From positions 26,270,500 to 26,334,499 of the forward strand of contig NC_057739.1 in NCBI RefSeq assembly GCF_004010195.1: a stretch of DNA of 64,000 nt. Reading direction: 5' to 3'. Shown here piece after piece: positions 1 through 13,443 of the stretch; the stretch's first letter is position 1; the number at the start of each line of letters is the position of its first letter. Both the position numbers and the translations under genes were made by a program. Under the pieces are notes generated by a model. That model made no database searches and was not told where the DNA came from. It was given only the letters and a program-made list of their open reading frames with translations. This DNA is from Chiloscyllium plagiosum. Taxonomy: Eukaryota.

Positions 1-1169
1 TCTCCTTCCTTTAGTGCAGTGTACGGAGTTTCTTCATTATTTAATTAAATGATTCTTCACTGTCAGTCAAACAACAATTTCCTTGTTTCTAATACAGTTA
101 TAGGAAATGGAAGTGCTTCTAGAGCATGAAATCAATTATATACAGTTGTTATAAAAACTTTGGTGATTTTTCTCTTGGTTCTCTCAGGAAGGCAGCCTGG
201 AGGTTAACCTTTAATTTCTCAACACTCGAGGCCATTCCTGGAACATCAGCAGCCTCAAGGCTGTGCTTTTAGATGTAGAGCCCTACCCTCTGAGGCCTCC
301 TCTGTACAACTCGCTACCTCTCATTCTCTTGCAATCTACCACGTTGATCAAGCACTTGAGAAGCAAATGCACAGGAGGGATTTAATAGTCAAAACACTAT
401 TTTCAAAAGAGAGAAAGAAAATGATAGCTAACCTGTAACAAAATTTATTTTTTAAAATTTAAAAGCCAAGGTGAAAAGTTAAAGGTAAACACTGGAGTAC
501 AAAGCTGCAGCGATGTTGTAATAAGTTAAAGAAGACCAGATTGATAAATCCGCTTGCAGTAATTGAGTAATGTTGAGCCTGCCTTGTAAAGGCTGACAGA
601 TTGTGCATGATAGAAGTAAGTGAGATGTGATAAAGGCTCATAATACGTTCTTGTTGCTTGGAAACTTGGGTTCCATAGTGGAGGAAAATGCATAGCTTTA
701 ATTTGTATTTGTGGATTGTTTGTATGAAGAAGAGTTTTTAGTTTCATTTTATATTTGCTGTGTGAGTGGCTTGGATGTCTGAAGATTTGTTTACATGCAA
801 TTAAATATGTCTTTAAAAGACTTGGGGTGAAGAGTTCAGTGTATTAGAACAAAAGATAGAAGAGGAAAAATAAACTACTGTTGCCTAATGACAGATGTTC
901 AGCAACACAAAGTCAAAACCATCCAGAAGCAGTTAAGCAGTATGCAGGTCTATTCAGAGAGAAAAGGTCTATACCAGCAAAAGTGCCGTTAATAGCAGTC
1001 TTCAAAGCAGTGAGTGATGAAGAAAACTACTCCGAGCTGCTTAGAGAAAAAAACCCTCCAGAAACAGGATATTGTGAAAGGCATGAATGTAATGAATCCA
1101 AGTTAAATGTTAGAGGGTTTCAGTAAGAGACATTAACTAACAAAAATAGCATAGAGTGAATGCGTAAAT

Positions 1170-1655
1170 AGAGTCCGAGAGATGTACAGCATAGAAACAG
1201 ACCCTTCAGTCCAACTCACCAATCCAACCAAATATCCTAAATTAATCTAGTCCCATTTGCCAGCACTTGCCTTTATCCCTCTAAACCCTTCCTATTCATG
1301 TACCAATCCAGATGCCTTTTAAATGTAATTGTACCAGCCGCCATGATTTCCTCTGACAGCTCATTCCATACATGCACCACCCTCTGCATGAAAACATTGT
1401 TCCTTAGGTCCCTTTTAAATCTTTCCCCTCTTACCCTAAACCTATGCCCTCTAGTTCTGCACTCCCACATCCCAGAGAAATGACCTTGTCTTGTTACCCT
1501 ATCCATGCCCTTCATGATTTTATAAACCTCTATAAGGTCATCCCTCAGCCTCTGATGCTCCAGGGAATACAGTCCCAGCCTGTTCAGCCTCTCCCTATAG
1601 CTCAAATCCTCCAACCCTGGCAACATCCTTGTAAAGCTTTTCAGAACCCTTTCAA
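1170..1655 (-). mobile_element. CR1/HER1-type LINE, 5'-truncated 3' fragment
   Basis: ORF 1273-1626(-) has the CR1 ORF2 C-terminal signature (LSYRERLNRLGLYSLE..RLRDDLIEVYKIMKG..TRGH..F..RVV..WNEL), followed by the 3' UTR tail. Confidence 0.93.
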
Positions 1656-2767
1656 TCTTCTAAAAATAAACCAACAACAGCGATACCAAGTGAACAAGCA
1701 GTATTGGAGTGGAGACGGTTGTGGGCACCTCAAATGTAACATACAGAAAATAAACAGAAACCACACAGTAACAGAAGCAACAATGATCAGTCTTTGTCCA
1801 AAGTGACTCCGACAGTGATCCTCTTAGCAGTGATGTCCTTCAGTCAGGTCTGATTGGCCACCATGGTTTCTGCAATGGATTTTGTGTGGAAAGTAGAAAT
1901 ATGGCAAATAAGTGTTCAATGTTAAGATTAGTGCATTAGATGGTGAACAGTCCATTGATGGTAAACTAAGCCATTATCTTTATCTTTCTCAGTTAACAAA
2001 AGATGTGAGGTTCTTTTAAGAATTTCTGTTGATCTGTGATACTTCCAGTTTTTCCTGAACTTTCCAGTTGCAGTGTTCATTTTCCTAATTCCATGTCTTA
2101 AACCATTACTGTTCACCTTGATCGTTATCTTGCAACAGCATGCTAACGTACCTCCCAGTCATTTGTAGAAAGTAAAAGATTATTCTGTGATTGGTTTTCC
2201 AGGTTAAAAAAGAGGAGTGAAACATAGTTTGCTTGGGATGGAGATCCATTTTGGAGACATATCAAAGAAAACTGTCGTTAGAGGTTCTGATTTGTGAAAC
2301 TGTTGCTTTAGGAGTCTGGGGACCTCCTGCATAACAGTGTAACGACATTGTTGAGGTGGAAATATCCACAATCTGAGGAAGAGGTAACAGTTGCTTGGGA
2401 AGGAGTATCTAGGAATAAAATGGTGACTTAGCTCAGACAGAGGTAATGGCAGTTGGGAAGGAAAAGCCTGCAAAAGGGGCATTTTGAGAAATGCCAGTGA
2501 AGGATTTCTCCGTCTGGTCTGAATGAAATCAGCTCCTTTCTTAATTTCTTGCCTTCTGCGCATTGCGTGGCAGTGCAAAACCCTGGAACATTCAAGGAAA
2601 ATTCAAGCCCTCCTCATTTACAGTGGGCTAGGAAATAAAGAGCCATACATTCAAGAAAATTCCATATAATCATGTGAACAACCAAAACTGCTGGAATGGG
2701 AAGTGGTTGACACATTGCGTTTTATCATTGCCCCCCCCCCCCACCTTCGGCCATGCCTTTTGGTCTA

Positions 2768-3040
2768 ATTACTCACAGGATGTGGTTGTCACTAGTTGAA
2801 TCAACATTCATTGCTCATCCCTAGTTAGCCTTGAGAAGGTGGTGGTGAGCTGCCTTCTTAAAATGCTGCAGTCCATTTGGTATAGGAGCACCTACGATGA
2901 CACTAGGGCGGTGTTCCTGGATTTTGACACAGCGACAGTGAAGTTATGGCAATGTATTTCCAAGTCAGTTCAGTGACAGACTTGGAGGGGCACTTCAAGG
3001 TGGTGGTGTTGCTATTACCTGCCGAATGCTTTCTTCCAGA
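2768..3040 (-). mobile_element. old CR1/L2-class LINE 3' end (second family)
   Basis: ggatgtgg...catccctagttagccttgagaaggtggtggtgagctgccttc matches the copy at 42240-42775 and the SINE tail at ~31160-31230. Confidence 0.65.
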
Positions 3041-3050
3041 TGTATAATAG

Positions 3051-4085
3051 TGTCAACTATGGCTCAGGTGCTACCACATTCGACCATTGAGCTAAAGGGA
3101 GAGGCTGAACAGGTTAGGGCTGTTTTACCTGGAGCGTTGGAGGCAGAGGGGTGACCTTATAGAGGTTTATAAAATCATGAGGGGCATAGATAGGGTAAAT
3201 AGACAAAGTCTTTTCCCTGGGGTGGGGAAGTACAAAACTAGAGGGCACAGGTTTAGGATGAGAGGGGAAAGGTATAAAAGAGACCTAAGAGGCAAAGTTT
3301 TCATGCAGAGGGTGGTGCTTGTGTGGAATGGGCTGCCAGAGGAAGTGGTGGAGGCTAGTACAATTGCAACATTTAAAAGTCACCTGTATGGGTATATGAA
3401 TAGGAAGGGTTTGGAGGGATATGGGCCGGGTGCTGGCAGGTGGGACTAGATTGGGTTGGGATATCTAGTCGGCATGGACGGGTTGGACTGAAGGGTCCGT
3501 TTCCATGCTGTACATCTTTAGGACTCTACGACTCCATGATTCAATAAATTGTGGATCCAGGGAGCAAGCCAGGAATTAAACACAAGAATCTAGGCTGACA
3601 CTGTCTGCCAGATCATGTGCCATGGAATCTTTTAAAAGAGGAACAGAGAACGTCTTCCATGTTTAAACAAGATCACTTCAAGCATTCTGAATGCTGTTGA
3701 AATGTTTATGTAATTGGAATGCTCAGTAATAAAGAATGCATCAGCTCCAGTGCTTTAATTAGGCCATATAGCTTGTTATTGCCAAGATTCTCACATACAC
3801 TTTGGTTTTGAAACTGATCAGGTGATCATTTTGAAGTAAATGATGGAATTAGCAATGTGCTATGACACTGACTGCACCCTATCAGATGGACATAAAGGAT
3901 CCCACGCACAATTTGAAGAGGAAGGAAGTTCTGCAACATTTATCTCCCATCCAGTTATCAGATTGTCTGGTCATTGCTGTTTCTGGGAGCTAGCTGGGTT
4001 CAGTTTAGTTGCAGTGTTTTCTATTACAAAGCACTTGATTGGCTACAAAGTATTTGGATTATCTGAGGGTGGTGAAAGATGCCAC
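3051..4085 (+). mobile_element. SacSINE1/DeuSINE-like SINE fragments, tRNA head split by a CR1 insertion
   Basis: Head tgtcaactatggctcag.. at 3051-3092 resumes at ~3541-3605 (aatctaggctgacac); Deu-domain-like body at ~3870-4085; similar to 45818-46270. Confidence 0.6.
3093..3540 (+). mobile_element. CR1/HER1-type LINE 3' fragment
   Basis: ORF 3177-3449 (MRGIDRVN..KTRGHRF..QRVV.VWNGLPEEVVEA) plus the CR1 3' UTR and tail. Confidence 0.93.
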
Positions 4086-4334
4086 CCCAATTGGCCAGAG
4101 TTGAACGGTGGTTCAGGTGGTTCTATCATGGTGTTAATAATGCCAAAGCTGCGGGTCCAAAATCCTACACACGCACTCTCACACACACAGTTTGTGTTGA
4201 GCCCCAGTGTGGGGGTGTTTACCATGGAAGGCTTGTTTAGACAGATTTTTAGTCTTACAAGGAAGTCGGTATGAGGGTTATTGCTGGGATGGGAGGTGTG
4301 CACGTTGACACAGTGATGACAAGGAAAGTAAGTT

Positions 4335-4910
4335 TAAAGTGAACGTCAAGACAAAATAGGGATACAAATAGGTTAAGTGAATGGCAAAATTTTGGAAGAT
4401 GGAGAATACTGTGGGAGAACTTGAAGTTTTCCATTTTGGCAGGAAGAATAGAAAAACTGTACATTATTTAAATGGTGAGAGACTACAGAGCTCTGCAGTG
4501 TGAGGGGAATCTGGGTGTCCTAGTACATGAGTCAAAAAATTGGAGTATGCAGACTCAACAAGTGATTTAAGAAGGTGAATAGAATGTTGCCATTCATTAC
4601 AGGAAATCAAATATAAAGGTAGGAACGGTTTTTTCAACAACTATAAATGAGCCTGTATTTGGAGCACTCTGTCCAGTTTTGGTCTCTTTACTTGAGAAAA
4701 GTTACAAGTGCATTAGAGACAATTCCAAGAATGTTCACGCGACTGAATCCTGGCACAAAAGGGTTAACCTATGTGGAAAGGTTGGACAGGTCTGACCTTC
4801 TATCTGTTGGAGTTTACAAGAATGAGTGGTGATCTTATTGCAAAACGTAAGATCCTGTGACAGTTCGACACGCTGAATATAGAGTTGATGTTTGCCCTTG
4901 TGGGAACATA
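4335..4910 (+). mobile_element. degenerate CR1 LINE ORF2 fragment
   Basis: ORF 4647-4832 LEHSVQFWS.YL.K...LE.I.R.FTR is a CR1 motif; the flanks are frameshifted CR1 sequence. Confidence 0.8.
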
Positions 4911-6299
4911 TTTTTCTCTCAGAGCCTCATCATCGTGTTCCCCTGACCTGAAACATTAATTCTCTTTCTTTACACAAACGTTATCTAGCCTATTGAGCTT
5001 TTCCAGCTTTTTTGTTTCTTTATAATGTCATTTTAGAGAAATGTAGAATACCTATTGTTGTCCACGTACAGCAGCTATTTCCTCCCTAACACGTTCCATC
5101 TCTGTAAGAATACACAAGTGTTCAATGAGAAAGGGACAAATACAGTCCACAAATGAGTTGACATCATCTTTCCCCAAACTCAAGATACTTCTCAAACTTA
5201 TATTCAGACAAAGTGAGTTGTTCGCAAATATAAACATGTCAGAAATGCTTGACAAGTCAATTAACATCTGGTATAAAAGCTAGGCTAACATCTCATTAGA
5301 ATAGTCTCACTCAAAGTGTTTATTAGTCTTCCTCTTTCACTTTCTGGGTAATCTTCAGCATTGTTGGAGCAGTGCCAGTATTTGTTGCTTAGTTATATAT
5401 CTCTGGGCTAGTTTCTACTTCGCTTGTTCAACCAAATTCAGGTTTGTTAGATTCTTTCCGTAAGCTCATGTAACTTGGTTAAATTACTGCTTCATAATGT
5501 TAGGTTCTGTTGTTATTTCCCACCAGTATTGCTGACGAAGTGATGAGCGTTTTATTTCTATTAATTAGGTTTAATTTTTTTTATTAGGAAAAATGAATTC
5601 ATTATAATTCTTTGCATCTGCATTATGTTAAAGAAGATTTCTGATGGGCATACTCTTTTTCTCAATCTTGTTCAAAATATTCTTTAAAAATTTGATTAAT
5701 ATTCATTGTTGTGAGCATTTTCTGTGCTGCAAGTATTTCACAAGTTAGATCTTTTTAGAAACAGCAGATTCCATAAGATTATTCATGCATTCCTGTAGCA
5801 GCCTTGTTGCAGATGAAATATTGATAACAGCTTGATCTTCATTCTGATCCGTTGTTAATGAAGGTTTGATTTTTAATAGTTTTGTAAGGAGGATGAGCCT
5901 TCAAGAGATGAGCAGTAATTTGAATTGAACATTTACATTATTCTGGCTTCCTGATTAAAAAAGCAAATTCATCACTTCGCCAGTGAACCCAGAGAGTGAC
6001 TTCCACAAAACATTTTTAACAGCAGCTGCTAGAATGGGTCCTTGCTGACTGTAACATGTAACAGTCTGTGATGGCGATGAAGTGGATGAATTGTAAACAC
6101 TTTCTTTGTATATTTGAGTGTTCAAGGCTGTAGGTCACATGGTGGGGGGTAGGGGGGAGTCATGGGTGTGCTGAAAGTGCGCAGCTGAAAAGCATCATAT
6201 TAAGTCCAAGCAGAAAGATGTGGAAGGGTTGAAGTGATAATATTAGCCTCTGTACTGGTGCTTGGAAATTATTTCTGTGTTTGATTTGCCTCCAGATGG

Positions 6300-8415
6300 A
6301 CCTGATGGAATCCCTTTGGTTTAGGTGGCACATGTGAGAGTTTGAGGTAAGAGGTCAGCTTCTGTTGGTACTTTGGGAGACTACTAAGGTGTATTTACGA
6401 GCCCTGATCATTTTGTATTCAACAAGTAGAAGGAGGCAGAGAGGGGAGCAACAATGAATGCTGGAGGCCCAGCTGAAGGTAGCTGAAGAAGCACATTATA
6501 TTAGGCCTTCAGTGGTGAAACTGTAGCAGGTCATGGCTGTCCGGGCTGCTCTTGAGTCATTGCTCATACAGGTGGCAAAAAAAGAGGTCTCCTTTGCTAG
6601 TCAAAGATTGTTTGTTTGAATTTGGAAATAAGCCAGTTAGATATCTGGCATATCTGGCTAGAAAGAAAAATGCTTCTCAGTCCATTATATCTATCAGAGA
6701 GTGAGCTGGTACAATGACCTGTGAGTTGAGGAAGATCAATACTAGATTTAGGGAATACTTTGCAGTGTTATACCGGTCGGAGGGCGGTGAAGATGGTGCA
6801 GTGAGAATGCAGTACTTTTGTGAGAACATGGATCTCCCCAGTATAAACACAGAACATGCCTCTTATTAAGTGTGCATGTGACGATACAAGAGGTGCAGGA
6901 AGCAATAAAGCATCTCCAGGGTGGCAAAGCACTGGGACCAGGTGGATTCCCGGGTGAATTTTGTAAGGAGTTCATAAATGTGTTGGTAGAGCCACTTTTG
7001 GGGATGTACAGCCATTCACCTACACAGGATTGTCTTCTGTCCTCTCTCAGGGAGGCTAACATCTCCCTCATTTTAACAAAGGGGAAAGACACCGAAGATT
7101 GTGCTTCTTACAGACCAATTTCACTGTTGAATGTGGACTTTAAATTTCTGTCAAGTTTGCCGGCCCTGAGGTTGGAAAAGCTATTGTCCTATATTATGAA
7201 AGAAGGTAAGACTGGTTTTATCAAGGGCCGCAGCTCTTCCAGCAATATCAGGAGAGTACTGAACATAGTGTAGGCATGCCAGCGAAGATTGATCCCTGGT
7301 TTGGTCGTCTCCTTAGGCGTGTAGAATGGCCGTACGTGTTTGGGGTCCTAGAACGTTTGGTCTGGGGGGAGCCTTTGATAGGTGGCTGGCGGTGTTGTGC
7401 AATGATCCTGAGGTGGCAGTCGTTACAAATGGTACTAATCGGATAACTTTAGTATTGGGAGAGACAGTCGACAGGGATGTCCTCTTTCACCACTGTTATT
7501 TATCTTGGTAATTGAGCTATTAGCCGATGCCATCAGGAGGGACCCGGAAATAGTGGTGCCAAGGGTAAGAATGGGGGAGCATAAGATCACTCTCTACGCT
7601 GACGATGTCATTTTGTTCTTGGCCAATCCGGAGAAATCTCTACCCCAATTGATTCAAAAAATTAATTTATTTGGCACTTTCTCTGGATACAGGATTAACT
7701 TCACAAAATCAGAAACCATGCTGGTGGGGCGATTAGTGGAGGTGCCTGATCTGAAGGATGGAGTGCAGTTCCTGTTTAGATGTTCGTCAGAAAGGTTTTC
7801 ATATTTGGGAATTTCTATTACCCCTACCTTCCACCAGCTGTACAAAGCTAACAATGCACAATTACTGGAGAGGATAAACAGGATTTGCAGTGGTGGGAGG
7901 GACTATCGTTATCATGGTTAGGCCGAATAGCCCTGATTAAAACGAATGTTCTTCCTTGCCTGTTGTACTCCATGAGAATGCTACCCAGACGAGAGTTACG
8001 GAGGCTCAGTGGTTGGCTTGGGTCCTTCATTTGGTGTCGTAGGTGCCCCCTAATTAAATTTACTAAATTGCAATTCCCGCAGGGTGAGGGGGTAGGGGTG
8101 GACCTTCTGGACTTGAAGAGATATCAAATAAGCACCCTGTTAGTATATGTGGGTGACTGGAAATTGGGGTCAATTTGGCTTGACGTTGAAGCCTCACAGT
8201 CAAGATGCCCCCTCAGTTAATCTATTATTCATGAATAAGATGAAATCCGTGACCGAGCAGTGTAAAAGCACAATCATTTTGAATACGGTGGAAGCTTGGA
8301 GGATAATGAGGTAAGACGAGGGCAATTGGCTTAAGACCTCACCATTTACCCCATTGGACTCCGGCTTTAAGGCATGGGAGAATAAGGGAATCTCCTGTCA
8401 GGGAGATTTATTCTT
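6300..8415 (+). mobile_element. L1/Tx1-clade LINE ORF2 (reverse transcriptase) fragment, pseudogenised
   Basis: ORFs 6872-7273 (GKALGPGGFPGEF, YRPISLLNVDFK, TGFIKGR), 7505-7921 (ITLYADD, FSGYRINFTKSE, YLGI) and 7885-8220 (LSWLGRIALIK..VLP); LWETTKVYLRALII upstream; stops and frameshifts between them. Confidence 0.92.
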
Positions 8416-8524
8416 GGACCTTGTAATTGCACTGCTATAGGCTGTAGATAATTTTTCTTTATTTATGTTATGCTCTGGAAAACTAACTGGTATATTAACA
8501 CTCACCCTGTATCAAGCTTGATGA

Positions 8525-9710
8525 GGTGACAGAAACCTGCTGGGAATTGCTGGAAAAATGCAGAGGATCTGGAGCATTTGTGGAGGGAAATCAGAGTTAC
8601 AATGCAGCCTCTGAAATGTCCAACTTCTTCTTCGACTGAGGATTCCTCACTGTCGTGCTTGACAGGGCCCTTGGCTGCCACACTTCGGCCCTCATGCCCT
8701 CTCTTCCCTCCCACAACAGTGAGTGGGTCCCCATTGACCACACCTATCATTCCACCAGCATCCACATCCAGAGGATCATTAGCTGTCATTTCCGCCACTT
8801 CCAGCAGGATGGCACCACCAGCACATTCCCCTCCCCCCACCTCCCCTGTCAGCCTTCTGCAGGGACCATTCCCTCTGGGACACCTTGGTCCATTCCCAAC
8901 ACTTCCCCATATCCCCACGGTACTTTTCTGTGCAATGCCCATTTACATTCTCCCTCCTCAGCATCCAAGGTCCAGGTGAAGCAGTGATCCACCTGTCCCA
9001 CTGTATTCACTGCTCACAAAATGGTCTTCTCTACATTGGGGAGACAAAGTACAGACTGGGCAGCTGTTTTGCAGAACACTTATGTTTTGTCCACAAAAAT
9101 GATCCTGAGCTTCCAGTTGCATGCCACTTCAACACCCCACCCTGTTCCCTGGCCAACATCTCTGTCTCGGGCTTGCTGCAGTGCTCCAGCAAAGTTCAAA
9201 GCAAGCTGGAAGAACTGCATCTCATTCTTCTATTTGGGGACTCTGCAGCCTTCAGGACTCTGTATTAAGTTTAACAATCTTGGGGCTTGAGCACCTTTTC
9301 CCATATCCTTCCACGACCTCCCCCACACCAATCCCCACACACCAGGCCTTCTCACAATTACTCACAATAGCATCACATGGGATGCTATCACAACCGCCCA
9401 ATACAAATACAAAATGGCACTCATTAGAAGCTATTGATTCTCCCAGGCTGATTATTGCCTGTGTTTTGCCCGACTGTTGGGTCTGTCTCTCTGGGCTCCA
9501 TTTCCACCTATTGTTTACTCCCCCCTTCTGCTCCCCACTTTATCTTCAGCATATATACAAACCTTTTCTTAGCTATCTTCAGTTCTGAAGAAGGGTCATT
9601 GGACTTGAAATGGTAAGTCAGCTTTCTCTCCACAGATGCTCTCGACCTGCTGAGTTTCTCCAGCTATTTCTGTTCTTGTTTCAGATTTCCAGAATCCATC
9701 GTTCTTTGGC
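8525..9710 (+). mobile_element. Penelope-like element (GIY-YIG end) with inverted 5' copy of its terminal repeat
   Basis: ORF 8885-9268 CIHCSQNGLLYIGETKYRLGSCFAEHL..PVACHFN; 8525-8600 is an inverted, diverged copy of 9610-9700. Confidence 0.85.
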
Positions 9711-10845
9711 CATCTCGTGAAAAAAAACCCAATGATTTAAATATCTTGTCAGAAGTCTGGATGACATTTCTTTTTGGAGGTCTGTCTTCCGTTGTAGGCT
9801 GTTCAGCGTCATTAACCCATTGTGCTGTGTGAGGTACTATTTAACCTGGTCTTGCTCTGTATTCCAACGCATTTTCTGGAAGTGACTTACTGACTCACAA
9901 ATCTTTTTTAATAGGTGTTCCCCACTTGTGCTTGTGAGATTTTCATGCTCCACATATTGTACCGGTGATTGCTCGGGTTGAGTATGATTGTCCTCCATAA
10001 GGGACGCCTACCTGTGGGCCTTTAGATGGCGAAGAGGCCAGTTCTGGGATCCACAGTTTCTATTGCAGTGTGGGTATTGCTGGATGATAATGGAGGTTGG
10101 AAATGATGGTGGGTGGGCCTTCTTGACGCTCTGTCTCTCCTTGCGCAAGAGTCAGTGGCACAGTGGAGAGAGTTTTGGTAGTGTATCGTTCCCTGCTGGA
10201 TGATGTCTCTCCAGTGATTCCGGTTTGTGGCCATGATCTTGCAGTTTTTGATGCTGAGATGAAATTTTTTGAGGTTGGTCCAGATGTTATCTTTGAAGCA
10301 TTTCTTTTGGCCCCTGGAGCACGCTGGCCTTCCTTCAGCTGGGAGTACATGATCTGTTTTGGGAGGCATGTGTTGGGCATTCAGATAACATGACTGGTCC
10401 ATCAGAGTTGCTGGTGAATTATGGTGGTGATGCTGGCTCTGCTGGCCTCCTCTCTGACGCTGGTTTTAGTGCACTTGTCTTTCCAGGTGGTTCACAGGAA
10501 TGTTTGGAGAGATCTCTAGCGTTGTTCCAGTGTTGTAAGGCACCAACTGTAGGAGGTCCACGTTTCAGCTCCATATAGCAGTGTGGGAAGGATAGTGAAT
10601 TTAGTTTGAGCCTAGGTCATGGTCTTCAAACACCATTCTTCTGAGTCAGGCATGGGCTCCACTAGCATTGGTGTTGCATTTCTGCAGTGAAGTTGGCCAT
10701 GGAGGAGAGAAGGCTGCCATGTTATGGGAAGTAGCCCATGTTTTCAAGGGGATGGTTGTTGACCCATATTGTAGGAGGCAAGGAGGATTATTGGGTGGAG
10801 GTTGATGGAGTACGAGAGTCTTTTTTTATATATTAAGGGTATGGC

Positions 10846-11032
10846 AAGATGGGTGGCATGGTGGCTCAGTGGTTAACGCAGCTGCCTCACAGCACCAGGG
10901 ACCCAGGTTCAATTCCAGCCTCAAGCTACTGGGTGTGTGGAATTTGCACGTTCTCCCATGTCTGCATGGGTTTCCTCTGGGTGCTCTGGTTTCCTCCCAC
11001 AATTCACACTGTAGGCATTCTATGATTCTATG
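10846..11032 (+). mobile_element. HE1-type tRNA-derived SINE (internally deleted) inserted in the RTE
   Basis: A box ggtggctcagtggtt, B box ggttcaattcc, ctatgattctatga tail; flanking aagggta duplication (10835-10841 / 11033-11039). Confidence 0.85.
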
Positions 11033-11521
11033 AAGGGTAAGGCCTAGGAGCTTATATGCCTTCGCAAAGCCATCCAAGATACACTGCAGGTCTATGGCGG
11101 AGCGTGCTGCGATGGTGTTGTCAGCATATTGAAGCTCCGAGATGGAAGTAGTGGAGACCTTGCCCTTGGCCTTGAACCTATTAAGGTTGAGTAGCCTGCC
11201 GTCCACGGTAAATGATTTGTATTCCCGTGGGCCGGTTTTGGCCAGTGAGATGGAAGATGGCAGTAATGAAGATGATGAACAGAATGGTTATGATAATGCA
11301 GTCCTGCTTTACCCCGTCTCCACGGTGAAAGGCTCCGACTCCAACCCATGGTTGCTAAGCACTGTCTGAGACATGTCATCATGCAGCAGCCTTGGCAGCT
11401 GCCCGAGAGCCTGGTGGTTATGTTAAAAGGCCCTAGTTAGGTCGATGAAGGCCATGTAAAGCAATTGTTTCTGTGCGTGACATTTTTCCTACAGTTGATG
11501 TGCTGTAAAGAACATTCTTCT

Positions 11522-11748
11522 CCCCCTCCAACTCTATTTTGATTTAGTCCCTACCCTCCCCTTCACTGTTTTGATCACACAGCACTGCCCTTTGATGTGA
11601 AGGGCAGTGCTTGTCACTGGCCACTCGGGTGTTTTCCTATCTTCCTGGAGGTGGAAATTGAATAAAGATTCGTACACCTTGTGTCTCTCACTTTGTCTCA
11701 CACCTGCACACACACACCATGGGTGCTGGGGAAAAAAAAAACAAAAAG
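11522..11748 (+). mobile_element. poly(A)-tailed retroposed fragment (probable L1/Tx1-type 3' UTR) inserted in the RTE
   Basis: 15-bp TSD aaagaacattcttct (11507-11521 / 11749-11763), AATAAA at 11661, A-rich tail. Confidence 0.8.
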
Positions 11749-12514
11749 AAAGAACATTCTTCTGGATGGATGGAAGCCATTCTGCTTTTCAGGGAGTATT
11801 TCCTCAGATAATGGCAGCAGTCTATTGACAAGGACACATACAAGTACTTTGCCAGTGGTTGAAGGAGATGCCTCTGCAATTGCCACAGTCAGCCTTGCCA
11901 CTCTTCTTAAATATGGTGCCAATCTGATCATGCGTGAGCTCCGTGGGGAGTTTTTCTTTGAGCCATATCTTCAAGGGCAAAGCTTGCATGTGTTCATGGA
12001 ATTGTGGGCCACCCTCCTTTAGGATCTCTGCAGGAATCCCATCAGGCCCTGCATCCTGGTTGTTTCTTAGGCTCCTTATGGCATCTTGTACTTTCGTTAC
12101 ACTGGGAAACTCTCCCATATCATTTTGCTGGATCTCTGGAGAATTTGGTTGATGATTTCCAAGGTAACACTGGTAGTACAATTCAGGAGTTCTTGTAAAT
12201 GCTCTCTCCAGCAGGTGTTTATTGCCTCATTGTCCTTAAGCAGATTTTGTCCATCTTTAGAGCCTGGGGGTGGAGGGGGGTGTTTGAGCACAAGTAGCTT
12301 GGAACAAGTACTACCTTGGTGGTGCTGAAGACGTCTCTTGTGTCACCGGCATCTGCTGCTGCTGGATTTCCAAGGCCTTATCAGTCCAACAGTCAGTTTT
12401 GAGCTCCCTTACCCTTTTCAAGATGTCAGCCTTAGCTTTGGCATCAGCCCCATTGTCATTCTGCCAGTCACAGACGGCTGTCCTTTTCTTGGTGATGAGT
12501 TGTTCAATTTCCAT

Positions 12515-12716
12515 CAAGAGTGTGGTGTTGGAAAAGCACAGCAGGTCAAGCAGCATCTGAGGAGCAGGAGAATCGAATTTTCAGGCAAAAGCCCTTCCTC
12601 AGGATTTTGCCCAAAATGTTGATTCTGCTTCTCCTTGGATGCTGCCTGACCTGCTCTGTTTTTCCAGCACCACACGTTCGACTCTGATCTCTGGCATCTG
12701 CAGTCCTCATTTTTCC
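12515..12716. mobile_element. short Penelope-derived inverted-repeat insertion
   Basis: 14-bp TSD tgttcaatttccat (12501-12514 / 12717-12730); head-to-head arms of the Penelope terminal sequence. Confidence 0.85.
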
Positions 12717-13443
12717 TGTTCAATTTCCATGTCATTCTCCTCGAACCAGTCCATATTTTACTGAGAATGGTCAATTTAAGCAGACTCCAATATTTTCTTA
12801 GTTCCTCTGGGTATTTCCAGGGTAGGTTCCTTTTAGCAAGTGAGACCTGTAGTTGTTGAATAGTGACTGTGTAACCCAGACTCTCAATGTTGAATCTTGG
12901 CCAGGCCTGCTTCTTCTGACCTTTCTTCTTTCTCTGTAGTCTGATGGACATTGTGGAACAGATAAGGTGGTGATCAGTCTGGCTGATCATAGCCCTGGTG
13001 ACATTCACGTCCCAATGGTCCCTGGAGTGAACAATGACATAATCTATGAGATGCCGTTGTTTTGAGTGTGGGTGCCTCCAAGATGCTTTGAATTTGTTTA
13101 TCTGATGGAAGAGTGTGCCTGAGATTGTGAGATTGTACTCCGTGTATTTTGTGAGAAGGACTCCATTGGAGTTGTTGTTGCCAATACCTTCCCTTCCCTT
13201 CCCGTGGTGCCATTCCAAAGGATGTAGTCTCAACCAACCCTCGCATTGAAAGTCTCCAAGAAGAATTATCTTCCCCTCCTTGGGGAATTACTTGATTACA
13301 GAGTGTGTCAAGGTTGGCATAGAAAGCATCCTTTGCTTCCTCCTTGAAGTCAAGGGGCAAAAGTGATCACACTTGTGGCTATCTGGTTGTTGGTGAGCAT
13401 TAGGCGGCTTGTCACGAGTCAGTCGTTGATCCCCATGGGAGGT

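Noticed and set aside
881-1126. 81-aa purine-rich ORF
   Set aside because: Non-ATG start, no recognisable domain or convincing splice signals
6872-8220. RT ORFs as an active or domesticated gene
   Set aside because: Multiple stops and frameshifts, truncated at both ends
12514-13233. 239-aa ORF as a novel chimeric protein
   Set aside because: It is frameshifted RTE endonuclease sequence reading through a nested Penelope insert
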